From: Chthoniobacteraceae bacterium
Lineage (GTDB): Bacteria; Verrucomicrobiota; Verrucomicrobiia; Chthoniobacterales; Chthoniobacteraceae
Assembly (NCBI GenBank): GCA_037190965.1
Contig: JBBCKI010000028.1
Coordinates: 96,001-160,000 of the forward strand
DNA: 64,000 nucleotides
Direction: 5' to 3'
In this document: in pieces, positions 54,286 through 64,000 of the stretch
Layout of the letters: each line of letters starts with the position of its first letter
Numbering within the stretch: the first letter of the stretch is position 1
Notes under the pieces: model-generated
Databases searched by the model: none
The model's input: only the letters and a program-made list of their open reading frames with translations
Told to the model about the DNA's origin: nothing
Translations under genes and position numbers: made by a program

Positions 54286-56142
54286 TCACGGTGAATCCTC
54301 ATCGACCCCCGACCGGCCCCTTTTCCTCTTTCTCGGCCAGAGGATGGCGACGCCCAGGAAGCCGGCGAGCAGTGAGGCAACAAAGATCGCAATCTTCGCG
54401 GCTGCATAATCCGCCTGTTCCGGGAAGGCCTCGCCCGCGATGAACAGGGACATGGTAAAGCCGATGCCCGCGAGCACGCCTGCACCGCAAAGTTGTCGCC
54501 AGGAGTATTCCGACGGCTTGATTGCAACGCCAAAATGCACGGCGAGGCGGGCGGCCAGCATGATCCCAACAGGTTTTCCGATCACCAGCCCCAGGATGAT
54601 TGCCAGCATCAGGCTGCCGTGTCCGTTGACGATATCCGGGGACAAAATTACCCCCGCATTCGCCAGTGCGAAGATAGGCAGTATGAGGTAACTCGACCAC
54701 GGTTCAATGGAACGAAGCACTTTATTGGCGGGTGATTCGATTCGGTCGTGGATGGCATCCAGCGCCTCCAAAGCGGGTTCGGAAAGACCGTGGTGCATGA
54801 TGGCCTTCCCGGATCGTTTGCTCTCCGCTTGCACGATGGCTTCTGCCTGCGCCGTCAAAGCATGCAGTTTTGCCGGGGGACGAGTTGGCGTGACGAATGC
54901 GAGAATCACCCCTGCCAGGGTGGCATGCAGCCCCGCCTGATGCAGACAGAGCCACAGGAGCACGCCGAGCACCACGTAGGGCAGGGACCGGTAGATGCCC
55001 CATCCGTTAAGCGCTATCAACAACGCCGTTACCACCCCCGAGGCAATCAGGGAATAGAGATGGATTGCCTCCGAATAAAACAGGGCGATGACCGCGATGG
55101 CGACCAGGTCGTCAATAATGATTGCCGCCGTCAGGAATACCCGCAGGTCCACCGGAACGCGATCTCCAAGCAACACGACTAAAGCAACCGCAAACGCGGT
55201 GTCGGTGGAGATCGGGACACCCCAGCCCATTGAGAGCGGCCCCGTTGGGATGACAAGGAGGTAAATAAGAATGGGCGTGACAATGCCACCGAACGCGGCT
55301 GCGATCGGCAGCGCGGCTGCGCGTAGGGTCGAAAGGCGGCCGACGGTGAACTCGCGCTTGATTTCCAACCCAACGACCAGAAAAAAGAGGCTCAGCAGCC
55401 CGTGATTGACCCAGTCAAGGAGCGGCAGGGTAAAAGCCTTCCCGCCAAAATCAAATCCCAAGGGTGTTTTCCACCACGCTTCAAAGTCGGAGCCGACCGG
55501 CGAGTTTACCAGGATGATCGCCAGCACGGACATCAGGAGGAGGAGCAGGCCGGCCGACGGCCCCCATCGAACGAAATTCACGGTGGCCGTATGAATCCGG
55601 TGACCCAGCGTCCCAAGCATCGCCTCGGCCAACGCGTTCGAATCCCACGGGCCCTCATAGCGGCGGTTGTTGATGAAAAATGTCGGCGTGACCGTTGCTC
55701 CGCTCCGCTTTGCGCTTTGGATATCCTCTTGCACCTGCAGTTCCGCTTCCCGACGAATTGAAGGGCGCGCTTTGTCGAGCGGCGGCAGATTGAATTCGGA
55801 AGCGATCTGGTCGAAATCGCCCGGGTTAAATGTTGGCCCCCGCCTCATGAGGGCGTCATGGATCGGCCAGAACTGGTCGGTTATATCAGAGGCGTATTCG
55901 GCGAGTTCCGCGGCGCGCAGGGCATCGCTGCTGCCTGCGATAGGGAGCTGCCGGAAGACGTAGCGCATTCGTTCGCCAAACCGGTCTCGCAGGTCCGCAA
56001 TGACCTCATGGGCGGCATGGCAATAAGGGCAGGCGTAGCTCCCGTACTCAAGCAGTGTCAGTTCCGCTTCGGGATCCCCCAGGATATGATCGCGGGCGAC
56101 GTCAACCTGATCCTCGAGCTTGGTCGGTTGTATCTGGGTCAT
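54286..56142 (-). CDS. nhaA: Na+/H+ antiporter NhaA fused to an N-terminal DsbA/thioredoxin-like domain
   Basis: DHILG...[10 protein letters not shown]...TPTFFIN (DsbA-like), then [48 protein letters not shown]. Confidence 0.92.
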   Translation of the reverse strand: MTQIQPTKLEDQVDVARDHILGDPEAELTLLEYGSYACPYCHAAHEVIADLRDRFGERMRYVFRQLPIAGSSDALRAAELAEYASDITDQFWPIHDALMRRGPTFNPGDFDQIASEFNLPPLDKARPSIRREAELQVQEDIQSAKRSGATVTPTFFINNRRYEGPWDSNALAEAMLGTLGHRIHTATVNFVRWGPSAGLLLLLMSVLAIILVNSPVGSDFEAWWKTPLGFDFGGKAFTLPLLDWVNHGLLSLFFLVVGLEIKREFTVGRLSTLRAAALPIAAAFGGIVTPILIYLLVIPTGPLSMGWGVPISTDTAFAVALVVLLGDRVPVDLRVFLTAAIIIDDLVAIAVIALFYSEAIHLYSLIASGVVTALLIALNGWGIYRSLPYVVLGVLLWLCLHQAGLHATLAGVILAFVTPTRPPAKLHALTAQAEAIVQAESKRSGKAIMHHGLSEPALEALDAIHDRIESPANKVLRSIEPWSSYLILPIFALANAGVILSPDIVNGHGSLMLAIILGLVIGKPVGIMLAARLAVHFGVAIKPSEYSWRQLCGAGVLAGIGFTMSLFIAGEAFPEQADYAAAKIAIFVASLLAGFLGVAILWPRKRKRGRSGVDEDSP

Positions 56143-56220
56143 GGAGGATTACTCGGCTATCTACGGTAAAATCGTCCCAAGCAGAGGGATCACGCCCCAT
56201 CATCCGGCGATTTCCCTGCC

Positions 56221-56381
56221 CAAGGTAGTCCGCACGCGCCGCGAGCGTGGGATGGTTGACGAGTCGCGTTTGACACTCATCTCAACAGGACGGGCCGCTG
56301 GGGATGCGGCCTTGATGAAACGACGGGAGCCGAACCCCGCGCTCGGCGGCGCGAGCGGGCTACCGGTGCTGCCGCACCATT
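56221..56381 (+). repeat. GTAG-type REP doublet, family A copy 3
   Basis: GTAG(56225)...CTAC(56363); 56360-56381 identical to 21511-21532. Confidence 0.8.
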
Positions 56382-56435
56382 GAAAACAGCGAAGAACCTC
56401 CCATCCGCTCTAACATCGGATTTAAGATTGAACTC

Positions 56436-58007
56436 TCAACATCCTCCCTCGAACGGTGAGAAGAAAAGCTCCCGGGATGCGTGGGCGTTCAAGCTTTCAA
56501 ACCGGGCCAACCTCCTTTCCCACGTTGCGAGGGAAACATTAAGATAGGGCATGGGATCGACGAGGGCAGAGCCATGCCCGCAAACCAGCAGATCCGGTCT
56601 CGCTTCGATCATTCGATTGAGCGCGAAGACCCATCCCTTGCGTGACGGCTCCGCATCGTTCCAGCAAAGGGCGGAGCCGGGATCGGAGGAAGTCCCCCAA
56701 AAGCCGTCGCCGACGAACAGCACTCGTTTCCCGTCGACCTGCGCCTCAATGCCAAGATGATGCCAGGTCTGACCGCCGAGACGAAAGAACCGCAACGAAT
56801 ATTCCTCCCAGGGAAAGACTTCTCCTTCGCTGACATAGTGATCGATGGATATTCTTTCCGCATCCGCATTGTACCATGGCAAGGGACAGGCCAATGGAAA
56901 CTGCTCAGGGTTGGTCATGGGAGGGGCAATCGAGTCGAGGCAAAGCACGCGGGCCTTCTCCTGGGCTGCCAACCGTGGGATGAAATCGATATGGTCTCCG
57001 TGATAGTGGGTGGGAATGATCCAATCGATCTGTTTGATCCCTAGGGCGGACTTCAGCGCTGCGAAGGCAGCGTCGTGCCGCGCTCTGCGCTCCTTCAAAG
57101 GAAGCCAGAGACAAAGGCCGTCGTCGATCACGATGGCGCGTCGGCTTCTGGAAAGCAGCACGCAAGTGTTGCCGCCCTTCCATTGGAAAATGCTGGGCGA
57201 CACGCGCCGCCATCCCGGGACAGGCTCTTCCGGCTCAGGGAAGTTGATGGCGTCCGGGGCTTGCGTTGGCGGCTCGACGAGGACGGAAGCTATCTTCCGA
57301 TGCAGGTGCCGCAGGGCAGGCTGGGGCTCGGCAATCATATCTCCGTGGGCCGGGCATAACCTATCCGGCGCTTCCGCCTCGAGGACGAGACAGGAAGCCG
57401 CCAGGGACTTCTGCCCCGTCTCCAATCCATAGTCCCAATCGCAGTCAAACCAGTTCCAAAGCCGCGCGTCATCATGGATGAGATCACCACAGAAAGCCAC
57501 TTTGCGACCGTCAATCTCCCGCATCAACGTGACTGCATTTTTCCCATGGCCGGGTGTCGGGATGACCCGGTATCCGAGCAGAGACTCATGCCGCACCAAG
57601 GGCTGCCCCAGATTCGTGACCGGAGGCAGCGGGCGTTCGTTGGGCGCCCCCGCCAGATGCCCCTGGTAGCAGCCCCGGCTCTCCCAATCCCATGGTTCCT
57701 GCCACTGAGTCAAATGGTTCCGATACGAATCCAGACCCCGGCATAAATATTCATCACCCGAAGGCACATGGACAATGGCCCGCGGGAAATTGAAAGCCCC
57801 CAATCCATGTTCTTCCTGGGTGTGAGTAAGGAAGATATGGGCCACCGGCAGCGATAACGGCAGAACGGCGGCAATGAGGTCTTCCGGCGGATCGATGAGG
57901 TGAAATTCGTCTTCAACCCGCACGATGTACCCATTGCAAGGATGCTGCGGGCCTGAGAGCGCGCTACGGAACTGCCAGAGGTCGGTTTGGAGAGAGATCA
58001 GCGGCAT
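56436..58007 (-). CDS. tandem (double) metallo-beta-lactamase-fold hydrolase
   Basis: Repeat 1: LIDP, THTQEEH, TPGH, FCGD, PAHG; repeat 2: VIDDG, THYHGDH, GGQT, FVGD, CGHG. Confidence 0.85.
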   Translation of the reverse strand: MPLISLQTDLWQFRSALSGPQHPCNGYIVRVEDEFHLIDPPEDLIAAVLPLSLPVAHIFLTHTQEEHGLGAFNFPRAIVHVPSGDEYLCRGLDSYRNHLTQWQEPWDWESRGCYQGHLAGAPNERPLPPVTNLGQPLVRHESLLGYRVIPTPGHGKNAVTLMREIDGRKVAFCGDLIHDDARLWNWFDCDWDYGLETGQKSLAASCLVLEAEAPDRLCPAHGDMIAEPQPALRHLHRKIASVLVEPPTQAPDAINFPEPEEPVPGWRRVSPSIFQWKGGNTCVLLSRSRRAIVIDDGLCLWLPLKERRARHDAAFAALKSALGIKQIDWIIPTHYHGDHIDFIPRLAAQEKARVLCLDSIAPPMTNPEQFPLACPLPWYNADAERISIDHYVSEGEVFPWEEYSLRFFRLGGQTWHHLGIEAQVDGKRVLFVGDGFWGTSSDPGSALCWNDAEPSRKGWVFALNRMIEARPDLLVCGHGSALVDPMPYLNVSLATWERRLARFESLNAHASRELFFSPFEGGC

Positions 58008-58195
58008 ACGGGTTAGGTATTGATCAGAAAAGGAGCCGCGCCAAACACTTTATCGGAGCCCGACCGGGAAAATGGAGGCAGCGGGATCGCTCGTCTGGGG
58101 CGAATTGCAGATTCGATGGACTTGGGGGAGGGGATTCCTTACTATCACCGGCGAATGGAAACAGCGGAAACAGCAGCGGAAGAAGTTTCGGATAC

Positions 58196-58732
58196 ATGAT
58201 GATTCTTCGTACGATCGCGTTTTTCCTGATTGTCCTTGGCTCAACAAATAGCGCCGACGCGCGGAGATTACGCTCATGGAGCTACGAGGAGTTACTCCAA
58301 GCGTCCGATTTGGTCGCGATCGTCGAGCCTGTTTCTTCCGAAGATACAAAAGACATCTATCCAGGGTCGCTCTACGGACACGCGTTGACCGAGTTTTTAG
58401 GGCACAACACAAAGTTCAAGGTGCACGCGGTTCTGAAAGGCAGTGGTTCTGCCGACAGGTCATTGATTGTCCTTCATTTTTCCTATTCAAAAAAAGTTAT
58501 CTTTGAGAACGGCGCGCGCTTCGCCCGATTTATTGCCGGTCCGCTCCAGTTCAAAAAACAGGTGCTGAAGGATGAGAAAGAAGTTGGAGAAATAACAGTG
58601 TATGCCGAAAAGCCCGTGTGGCTCGCTTTTCTTAAAAAGAAGGATGACGGGAGATATGAGCCCGTGACCGATCCTTACGACTCCACGGATTCATTTCGGG
58701 AGCTCCATCAGGCCTCCTTCTTCGTTCAATGA
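58196..58732 (+). CDS. exported hypothetical protein
   Basis: 178-aa ORF with signal peptide; 'EELLQASDLVAIV' and 'LAFLKK..DGRYEPV' motifs; more AT-rich than the flanks. Confidence 0.65.
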   Translation: MMILRTIAFFLIVLGSTNSADARRLRSWSYEELLQASDLVAIVEPVSSEDTKDIYPGSLYGHALTEFLGHNTKFKVHAVLKGSGSADRSLIVLHFSYSKKVIFENGARFARFIAGPLQFKKQVLKDEKEVGEITVYAEKPVWLAFLKKKDDGRYEPVTDPYDSTDSFRELHQASFFVQ

Positions 58733-58739
58733 ATAAAGG

Positions 58740-59192
58740 ATGAAAAGACTCTTCATGGCCCTCGCGTTGCTGACTATTGCCGGATCTTTATATTTTTCGA
58801 GTTTTAAATCGGCATCTGTACGGCAAGTTTCCCCCGGAAATAACAAAGACTATCGCCTCGTTGTATTTGGGATCAGCATTCCCTATACGCCAGTCACGGG
58901 GAAGGCATTTTCCAGATTTTACTCTCCTCTACTTAACTATTATGCTTCCAAACAGCCGAAGAAGGAGGTTTGCGGAGCTATTCGAGATATTGACCTTTCG
59001 AAATCGGAATTGAGTATCTCGACAGCCCCCGGGGAAGGAATCTTGATTCAGATTCCTTCCTCAATGACTCATGCGCTTGGATCATTCTCAGAGGGGGAGT
59101 CCGTGCGGGTTACCTATTCCTTAAGTCCCTCGCGCGATAACCCCTTCTGTTACTTTTTTCAGTTGAGCACCATCGCTCGCTCCACAAAATAG
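58740..59192 (+). CDS. hypothetical protein with N-terminal signal/TM segment
   Basis: 150-aa ORF, AAGGA immediately before ATG, AT-richer composition. Confidence 0.55.
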   Translation: MKRLFMALALLTIAGSLYFSSFKSASVRQVSPGNNKDYRLVVFGISIPYTPVTGKAFSRFYSPLLNYYASKQPKKEVCGAIRDIDLSKSELSISTAPGEGILIQIPSSMTHALGSFSEGESVRVTYSLSPSRDNPFCYFFQLSTIARSTK

Positions 59193-59233
59193 ATCCTTTA
59201 CGCGGTACCTTGATTTGAAAAGCTAGCAATTTC

Positions 59234-59908
59234 ATGCGCAAAACAGCGATGCTCTGGACCGGAGGCAAAGATTCCGCGTTGGCTCTCCATGAGGTTGTCC
59301 AAAGCGATTATCACGTTTGTTGCCTGGTCACGTTTGCGCCACCGGATTCAGGCTTTCTTGCGCATCCGTTGCCGTTCATCAAGTTACAGGCTCAAGCCTT
59401 GGCGCTGCCGCATTACGTTTTGCCCATTTGCGAACCCTTCGAGGAAGCTTACGAAAAGCAACTTCGGTGGCTGCGAGACGAAACGGGGATTACCGGTGTT
59501 ATCACGGGAGACATATCGGAAGTCGGCGGATGTCCGAACTGGATCCGCGAGCGGTGCCGTCCCGTTGGGTTAAATGTGCATACTCCCCTGTGGGAACGGG
59601 ATCGGGACCGTTTGCTCCAACAACTGCTGGAGACAAAATTCAAAGTGGTTTTTTCCTGTGTCGATACGCGTTGGCTGCCGGAAGATTGGGTGGGCCGAGA
59701 ATTGGACGAATCGGCGGTTGCCGAACTCCGCGTGATTCGCGAGCGAACCGGCCTCGATCTATGCGGAGAGAACGGAGAATATCACACGCTGGTCACGGAC
59801 GGGCCGCAGTTCACGCGAGCCATTGAGATCAGATCTTATTCACGAGGCAGGATCGATTCGCTGGCTCACTTGGAAATCCACGAGTCAGAACTGCAGGCGC
59901 AGAGGTAG
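59234..59908 (+). CDS. Dph6/MJ0570-family PP-loop ATP pyrophosphatase
   Basis: WTGGKDS PP-loop, [32 protein letters not shown]. Confidence 0.9.
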   Translation: MRKTAMLWTGGKDSALALHEVVQSDYHVCCLVTFAPPDSGFLAHPLPFIKLQAQALALPHYVLPICEPFEEAYEKQLRWLRDETGITGVITGDISEVGGCPNWIRERCRPVGLNVHTPLWERDRDRLLQQLLETKFKVVFSCVDTRWLPEDWVGRELDESAVAELRVIRERTGLDLCGENGEYHTLVTDGPQFTRAIEIRSYSRGRIDSLAHLEIHESELQAQR

Positions 59909-60180
59909 TTCGGATCCCTTCTCTTCTGCTGGTTCTTTTTGCGCTACGGGATTGGTTAAATTTCGCCACTTTATTCCTTTCCGGCAAAGGGGATTACGAA
60001 CCGGGGCGGTTTTTCCCCTGTAGGGGGTGGGGGATCCCCCGAGTGGCATGGAAAATGTTAAAGGGATCGCAAATGACCGGCAACAGGGGCATCCAAAATC
60101 GATACAATATCCGGCGGGAATCCCATGGACCGTTGGAGAGCGAGATCAAAACGCTTGGAGATTCTCTGCAATCTCTCTCT

Positions 60181-61656
60181 ATGGATTTCCTGGCGAAACA
60201 TGATCGGTCGGGCGGGACGAGCGTTGACTGGGCCAACGAAGGCTCATTTTTTGACGAAATGCATTCCGCCGACGAGGGGGTGCGCCAATATTATCGGAAT
60301 TTCTGTAGCTGCCTGAGCGGCATCGAGATCGAAGAATTCGAGCAGAAGCGGCGAGCCGTGGAGGTTTCCCTGTTGCGGCAGGGGGTCACTTTCAACGTCT
60401 ATGGGGATTCCAACGGGGCTGAACGTATTTTCCCGTTCGACCCGATGCCGAGGATTATCCCAAGATCGGAGTGGCAGCGAATCGAGGCCGGGTTGATCCA
60501 GCGGATCACCGCGCTCAATCTTTTTCTCCACGACGTTTATCATGAGCAGAAGATCGTGAAGGAGGGGGTGATTCCCCCCTACTACGTCTTGTCCGCAAAG
60601 CACTTCCGTCGGGAGTTCGTCGGCTTCGATGTGCCGCAGGATATCTACATGCACATTTGCGGGACCGATCTGATCCGGGACGAGAAGGGGCGTTACCTGG
60701 TGCTGGAGGACAATGGGCGCTGCCCCTCAGGGGTTTCGTATGTCCTGGAAAACCGGCGGGCAATGAAATTGGCGTTCCCCGCCATTTTCGAATCGGTGGG
60801 AGTGCGCTCCGTGGATTCCTACCCGGAGGATCTGCTTAAGGCTCTCAAATATTCGGCACCGGCCAGCGCGGGGGATCCGGCGGTGGTGCTCCTGAGCCCC
60901 GGCCCCTATAACAGCGCGTACTTCGAGCATACTTACCTCGCGAGGCAAATGGGGATTGAGATTGTTGAAGGGCGGGATCTGGTGGTGAAAAACCTGCGCG
61001 TTTATATGCGGACCACCCGGGGGCTGAAGCCGGTGGATGTGATCTACCGGCGGATCGACGACGACTTTCTGGATCCAACCGTGTTTCGCCGGGATTCCGC
61101 GTTGGGGGTGCCGGGTTTGATCAATGTCTACCGGGCGGGAAATGTCTCCCTCGCCAACTCGATCGGAACGGGTGTGGCCGATGACAAGGCGATGTACCAT
61201 TTCGTCCCGCGGATGATCAAATTTTACCTCGATCAAGATCCGATTCTCGACAACGTCCCGACCTATATCGCCTCTGAGGACACCGACATGAGCTACATTA
61301 TCGAGCATCTTGAAGAGCTGGTCGTCAAGCCGACCAATGAATCCGGCGGGTATGGAATCCTGATGGGGCCAAGGTCCACCAAGGAACAGATCGCGGAGTT
61401 CCGTCATCGAATCGAGGCTGACCCGCGCAACTATATTGCGCAACCGATGATTCCCCTGAGCACCCACCCAACCCGGATCGGGGATCGTTTCGAATCGCGG
61501 CATATCGATCTCCGTCCGTTCACGCTTTATGGAGAGAAGACCGTCGTCATGCCGGGCGGGTTGACCCGCGTGGCTCTCAACAAGGGCTCGCTGATCGTCA
61601 ACTCCTCCCAGGGTGGCGGCAGCAAGGACACCTGGGTTTTATACGGAGAAGAATAG
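60181..61656 (+). CDS. circularly permuted type-2 ATP-grasp ligase
   Basis: [65 protein letters not shown]; likely start ATG 60181 (ORF opens 60043). Confidence 0.93.
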   Translation: MDFLAKHDRSGGTSVDWANEGSFFDEMHSADEGVRQYYRNFCSCLSGIEIEEFEQKRRAVEVSLLRQGVTFNVYGDSNGAERIFPFDPMPRIIPRSEWQRIEAGLIQRITALNLFLHDVYHEQKIVKEGVIPPYYVLSAKHFRREFVGFDVPQDIYMHICGTDLIRDEKGRYLVLEDNGRCPSGVSYVLENRRAMKLAFPAIFESVGVRSVDSYPEDLLKALKYSAPASAGDPAVVLLSPGPYNSAYFEHTYLARQMGIEIVEGRDLVVKNLRVYMRTTRGLKPVDVIYRRIDDDFLDPTVFRRDSALGVPGLINVYRAGNVSLANSIGTGVADDKAMYHFVPRMIKFYLDQDPILDNVPTYIASEDTDMSYIIEHLEELVVKPTNESGGYGILMGPRSTKEQIAEFRHRIEADPRNYIAQPMIPLSTHPTRIGDRFESRHIDLRPFTLYGEKTVVMPGGLTRVALNKGSLIVNSSQGGGSKDTWVLYGEE

Positions 61657-61662
61657 CCATCA

Positions 61663-62700
61663 ATGTTATCACGCGTCGCCAATTCACTCTACTGGATGAC
61701 CCGCTATATCGAGCGGGCGGAGAACATCGCCAGGATCGTGGACGTCAATCTTCATCTGCTGCTCGATCATCGGCGGCTCAGTGATGTCCGCTTTTCGGAT
61801 TACTGGCTCCCGATCCTGGAAAGCACGGGCGACGAGGAGGCCTTCTATCGTCTTCATAAAAAGGTCAACGGCCGCAACGTGACGCACTTTCTGGTTTTCT
61901 GCCTGGAGAACCCCAACTCGATCTACTCCTGCATCGCCTTCGCGCGGGAAAACGCCCGGATGATCCGTGATCAGATCACGATGGAGCTATGGGAGGAGAT
62001 GAATCGCCTCTATCTGTTTCTCGGCTCCAAATCGGGATGCGAACTGTGGGAATCGCAGCTTCATGATTTTCTCGGGGAGATCAAACAGAGTTCCCTCTAC
62101 CTGCACGGGCTGGCCAGCGCCACGGTGGCGCGGGACGATGGTTGGAATTTCATGCAGATCGGCAAATTCCTGGAACGTGCGGACAAGACGACCCGTATTC
62201 TGGATGTCCGTTACCAGAAATTGCCGGCAAAGGGATTGCCCGGGCCAACGACGCAGGTGGACTCGTTTGAATGGGCGGCGCTCCTGCGTTCATGCAGCGC
62301 GTGGGATGCCTATCGGCAGGTCTACTCGCTCGAAGTGAATCCGCGCAACGTGGTTGAATATCTTTTGCTTTCGGAGGGGTTTCCAAGATCGGTGCGGTTT
62401 TGTACGGCGGAACTGGATGTCGCTCTGCGATCCATTTCCGGCGTCCCCTTCGGTTCCTTTTCGAACGCCGCCGAGAAGCTTTCCGGACGGTTGCTGGCCG
62501 AACTGCAGTTTGGCACCGTGGAGGAAATCTTCGAGTTCGGGTTTCATGCCTATCTCGACGTGCTTCAGCAGAAATTAAATCAAATCGGAGAAGCTGTCTT
62601 TGATGTCTACGTCAGAAGATCCTTTGAAAATCCCAATCCGGAAATCGAAAGACAGCAGGAGCAGCAACAGCAGGTGCTTTCTTTGTCCCCCAGATTTTAG
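61663..62700 (+). CDS. alpha-E domain protein
   Basis: MLSRVANSLYWMTRYIERAEN.AR, ARENAR, LERAD.T.RILDV, FPRS. Confidence 0.93.
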   Translation: MLSRVANSLYWMTRYIERAENIARIVDVNLHLLLDHRRLSDVRFSDYWLPILESTGDEEAFYRLHKKVNGRNVTHFLVFCLENPNSIYSCIAFARENARMIRDQITMELWEEMNRLYLFLGSKSGCELWESQLHDFLGEIKQSSLYLHGLASATVARDDGWNFMQIGKFLERADKTTRILDVRYQKLPAKGLPGPTTQVDSFEWAALLRSCSAWDAYRQVYSLEVNPRNVVEYLLLSEGFPRSVRFCTAELDVALRSISGVPFGSFSNAAEKLSGRLLAELQFGTVEEIFEFGFHAYLDVLQQKLNQIGEAVFDVYVRRSFENPNPEIERQQEQQQQVLSLSPRF

Positions 62701-62715
62701 AAACTTGGATTGTCG

Positions 62716-63570
62716 ATGAAACTCCAGGTTATCCATCGTACTCGGTATGAGTATTCAAGACCGGTCTCGGAAAGTCACAATGAAGCCCACCTGCACCCGA
62801 CGTCGATCGACGGGCAGACATTGCATTCGTTTCTGCTAAAAGTCATCCCGGCGACCAAACTGCGGCACTATAAGGACTTCTACCTCAACCTGGTCCATTT
62901 TTTCGACATCCCGGAGCCTCACACTTCGCTCACGGTGGAGAGTGTTTCGGTGGTTTCGACGGTGCAAAATCTTCTGCCATTGGATTTGCGAACCGCTTCG
63001 GTGAGTGATCTGAAGATCTGCACCCGCCTGGAAGAGTGCTATGATTTTTTGAATCCCAGCATCTATGTCAGTTTGAACCCCGAAGTCTGGAGGCTTGGGC
63101 TGGATGTCTGTGCGGGGATCCAGGATGTGTGGGAATGCGCGTTGTCGATCATGCGGTTCATCCATCAGAATTTCACCTACGCACCCCTCACGACCACGGT
63201 TAATACGCATATGAATGAAGTGATCGCGAAGCGTACCGGTGTTTGCCAGGACTTCGCGCATGTCATGATCGGGATGTGCAGGGGTCTCAAGATCCCTGCG
63301 CGTTACGTCAGCGGCTACCTATACAATGGCCCCGCAGAGCATTTGACCGGAGCCCAGGCCTCCCACGCCTGGTGCGAAGTCTACGTTCCGGGATTGGGAT
63401 GGCGAGGCCTTGATCCCACCAACAACTGTCAGACCGACGAGCACCACATCAAAGTGGGGGTGGGGCGGGACTACGCCGACGTGGTTCCCCTGAAGGGTTA
63501 CTATTGCGGGACTCCAGAGATGCGGATGGCGGTGAGTGTCGAGGTGACGCGCCTTGACGATGAGGGGTGA
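62716..63570 (+). CDS. transglutaminase family protein
   Basis: H.T.Y.Y N-terminal domain, GVCQDFAH, PARYVSGY, SHAW.EV, DPTN, GRDY.DV.P; start ATG 62716 or TTG 62710. Confidence 0.93.
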   Translation: MKLQVIHRTRYEYSRPVSESHNEAHLHPTSIDGQTLHSFLLKVIPATKLRHYKDFYLNLVHFFDIPEPHTSLTVESVSVVSTVQNLLPLDLRTASVSDLKICTRLEECYDFLNPSIYVSLNPEVWRLGLDVCAGIQDVWECALSIMRFIHQNFTYAPLTTTVNTHMNEVIAKRTGVCQDFAHVMIGMCRGLKIPARYVSGYLYNGPAEHLTGAQASHAWCEVYVPGLGWRGLDPTNNCQTDEHHIKVGVGRDYADVVPLKGYYCGTPEMRMAVSVEVTRLDDEG

Positions 63571-63596
63571 GAGATAAGAGGGCCTGCGGTCGAAAG

Positions 63597-63706
63597 CGGC
63601 GTCGCGGAGCTCCGCCCTCCGTCAGTGGCGCTACCGCGCCAATTTTCCGCCTCTGCCTGCGCGCGCTTGTCGCGCGATCATCGGAGGGTGGAGCTCCGCG
63701 ACGCCG
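63597..63706. repeat. GGAG-type REP doublet, family B copy 3
   Basis: CGGCGTCGCGGAGCTCCGCCCTCC ... GGAGGGTGGAGCTCCGCGACGCCG (24-bp arms, 1 mismatch) between convergent genes. Confidence 0.85.
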
Positions 63707-63756
63707 GGTACGCCGAAGGCGCTGATCTTTGCCTTCTCCCTCAAACCATCACCCGC

Positions 63757-63999
63757 TCATGGGGAACGGCGGCGCAGCCAGATGTCCAACGGCAGAAGAA
63801 GCAGCGCGGCGGCCAGGAAAAGGGGGGAAAGATCGGTGTGGCGGCGGATGCCGATGCTGGGGCGGGCGAAGAGCGCTTCCGGCTCCGGGGCAAATTTTCC
63901 GGCGGCGCTTTCGGCCAATTGCTTGAGGGTCGCTTCATCGGTTCCGTTGTTGAGGAATTCCGCCGGGTAGGAAGGCGTATGGCCGAAGGCCGGGCCGCC
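63757..63999 (-). CDS. 3' end of a gene entering from the right edge; C-terminally membrane-anchored protein (VWA/GATase-like family tail)
   Basis: Own translation: ...PSYPAEF...TLKQLAESAAGKF...DLSPLFLAAALLLLPLDIWLRRRSP*; absent from the ORF track because its start lies outside the window. Confidence 0.7.
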   Translation of the reverse strand, partial: GGPAFGHTPSYPAEFLNNGTDEATLKQLAESAAGKFAPEPEALFARPSIGIRRHTDLSPLFLAAALLLLPLDIWLRRRSP

Positions 64000-64000
64000 T

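Noticed and set aside
54207..54569. 120-aa minus-strand ORF between nhaA and cpo
   Set aside because: Mostly overlaps the nhaA 3' end in another frame; no motifs
60043..60059. Sigma54-like TGGCATGGAAAATGT upstream of the ATP-grasp operon
   Set aside because: The -12 element reads GT rather than the conserved GC; not enough support
21367..63722. Repeats considered as a CRISPR array or integron attC sites
   Set aside because: They are dispersed inverted doublets, not regularly spaced direct repeats; no cas or integrase gene seen
63741..63970. Short ORFs listed at the right edge
   Set aside because: Alternative frames of the partial minus-strand gene ending at 63757

Overview
GC-rich bacterial DNA, most likely Verrucomicrobiota (Chthoniobacter/Terrimicrobium-like, inferred from a Verru_Chthon-type pilin cassette, a PEP-CTERM protein and a PVC/Bacteroidetes-type parE-parC). 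There are four blocks. (1) 1-19.9 kb: an eight-gene operon coupling a two-partner secretion pair (TpsB and a 3908-aa TpsA) to a DUF2341/LamG-ExbB, ExbD, TonB-like motor, a beta-barrel porin, a coiled-coil protein and a PPIase, preceded by a Pho-box-like repeat. (2) 20-46.8 kb: a glycan-utilisation-like island with no SusC/D. It holds two GH29, a GH88/105, a GH123/DUF4091-like enzyme, an SGNH esterase, a large LamG protein, a four-gene pilin-like cassette, a PEP-CTERM protein, GntR and AraC regulators, and two amidohydrolase-fold + Rieske modules that look like dinuclear-metal oxygenases rather than hydrolases. (3) 47-58 kb: topoisomerase IV, then a redox/electrophile-stress block (DsbA-NhaA fusion, non-heme haloperoxidase-family hydrolase, NemR-like TetR with two visible operators, HtrA, thioredoxin) and a double MBL protein. 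(4) 58-64 kb: two ORFans, a Dph6-like ATPase, a CP-ATP-grasp/alpha-E/transglutaminase triad and the 3' end of a membrane-anchored gene. Intergenic spaces carry two REP-doublet families, a 164-bp MITE and an IS200-end-like hairpin cluster. No rRNA, tRNA, CRISPR array or transposase was seen. All family assignments come from reading motifs by eye, not from database searches.
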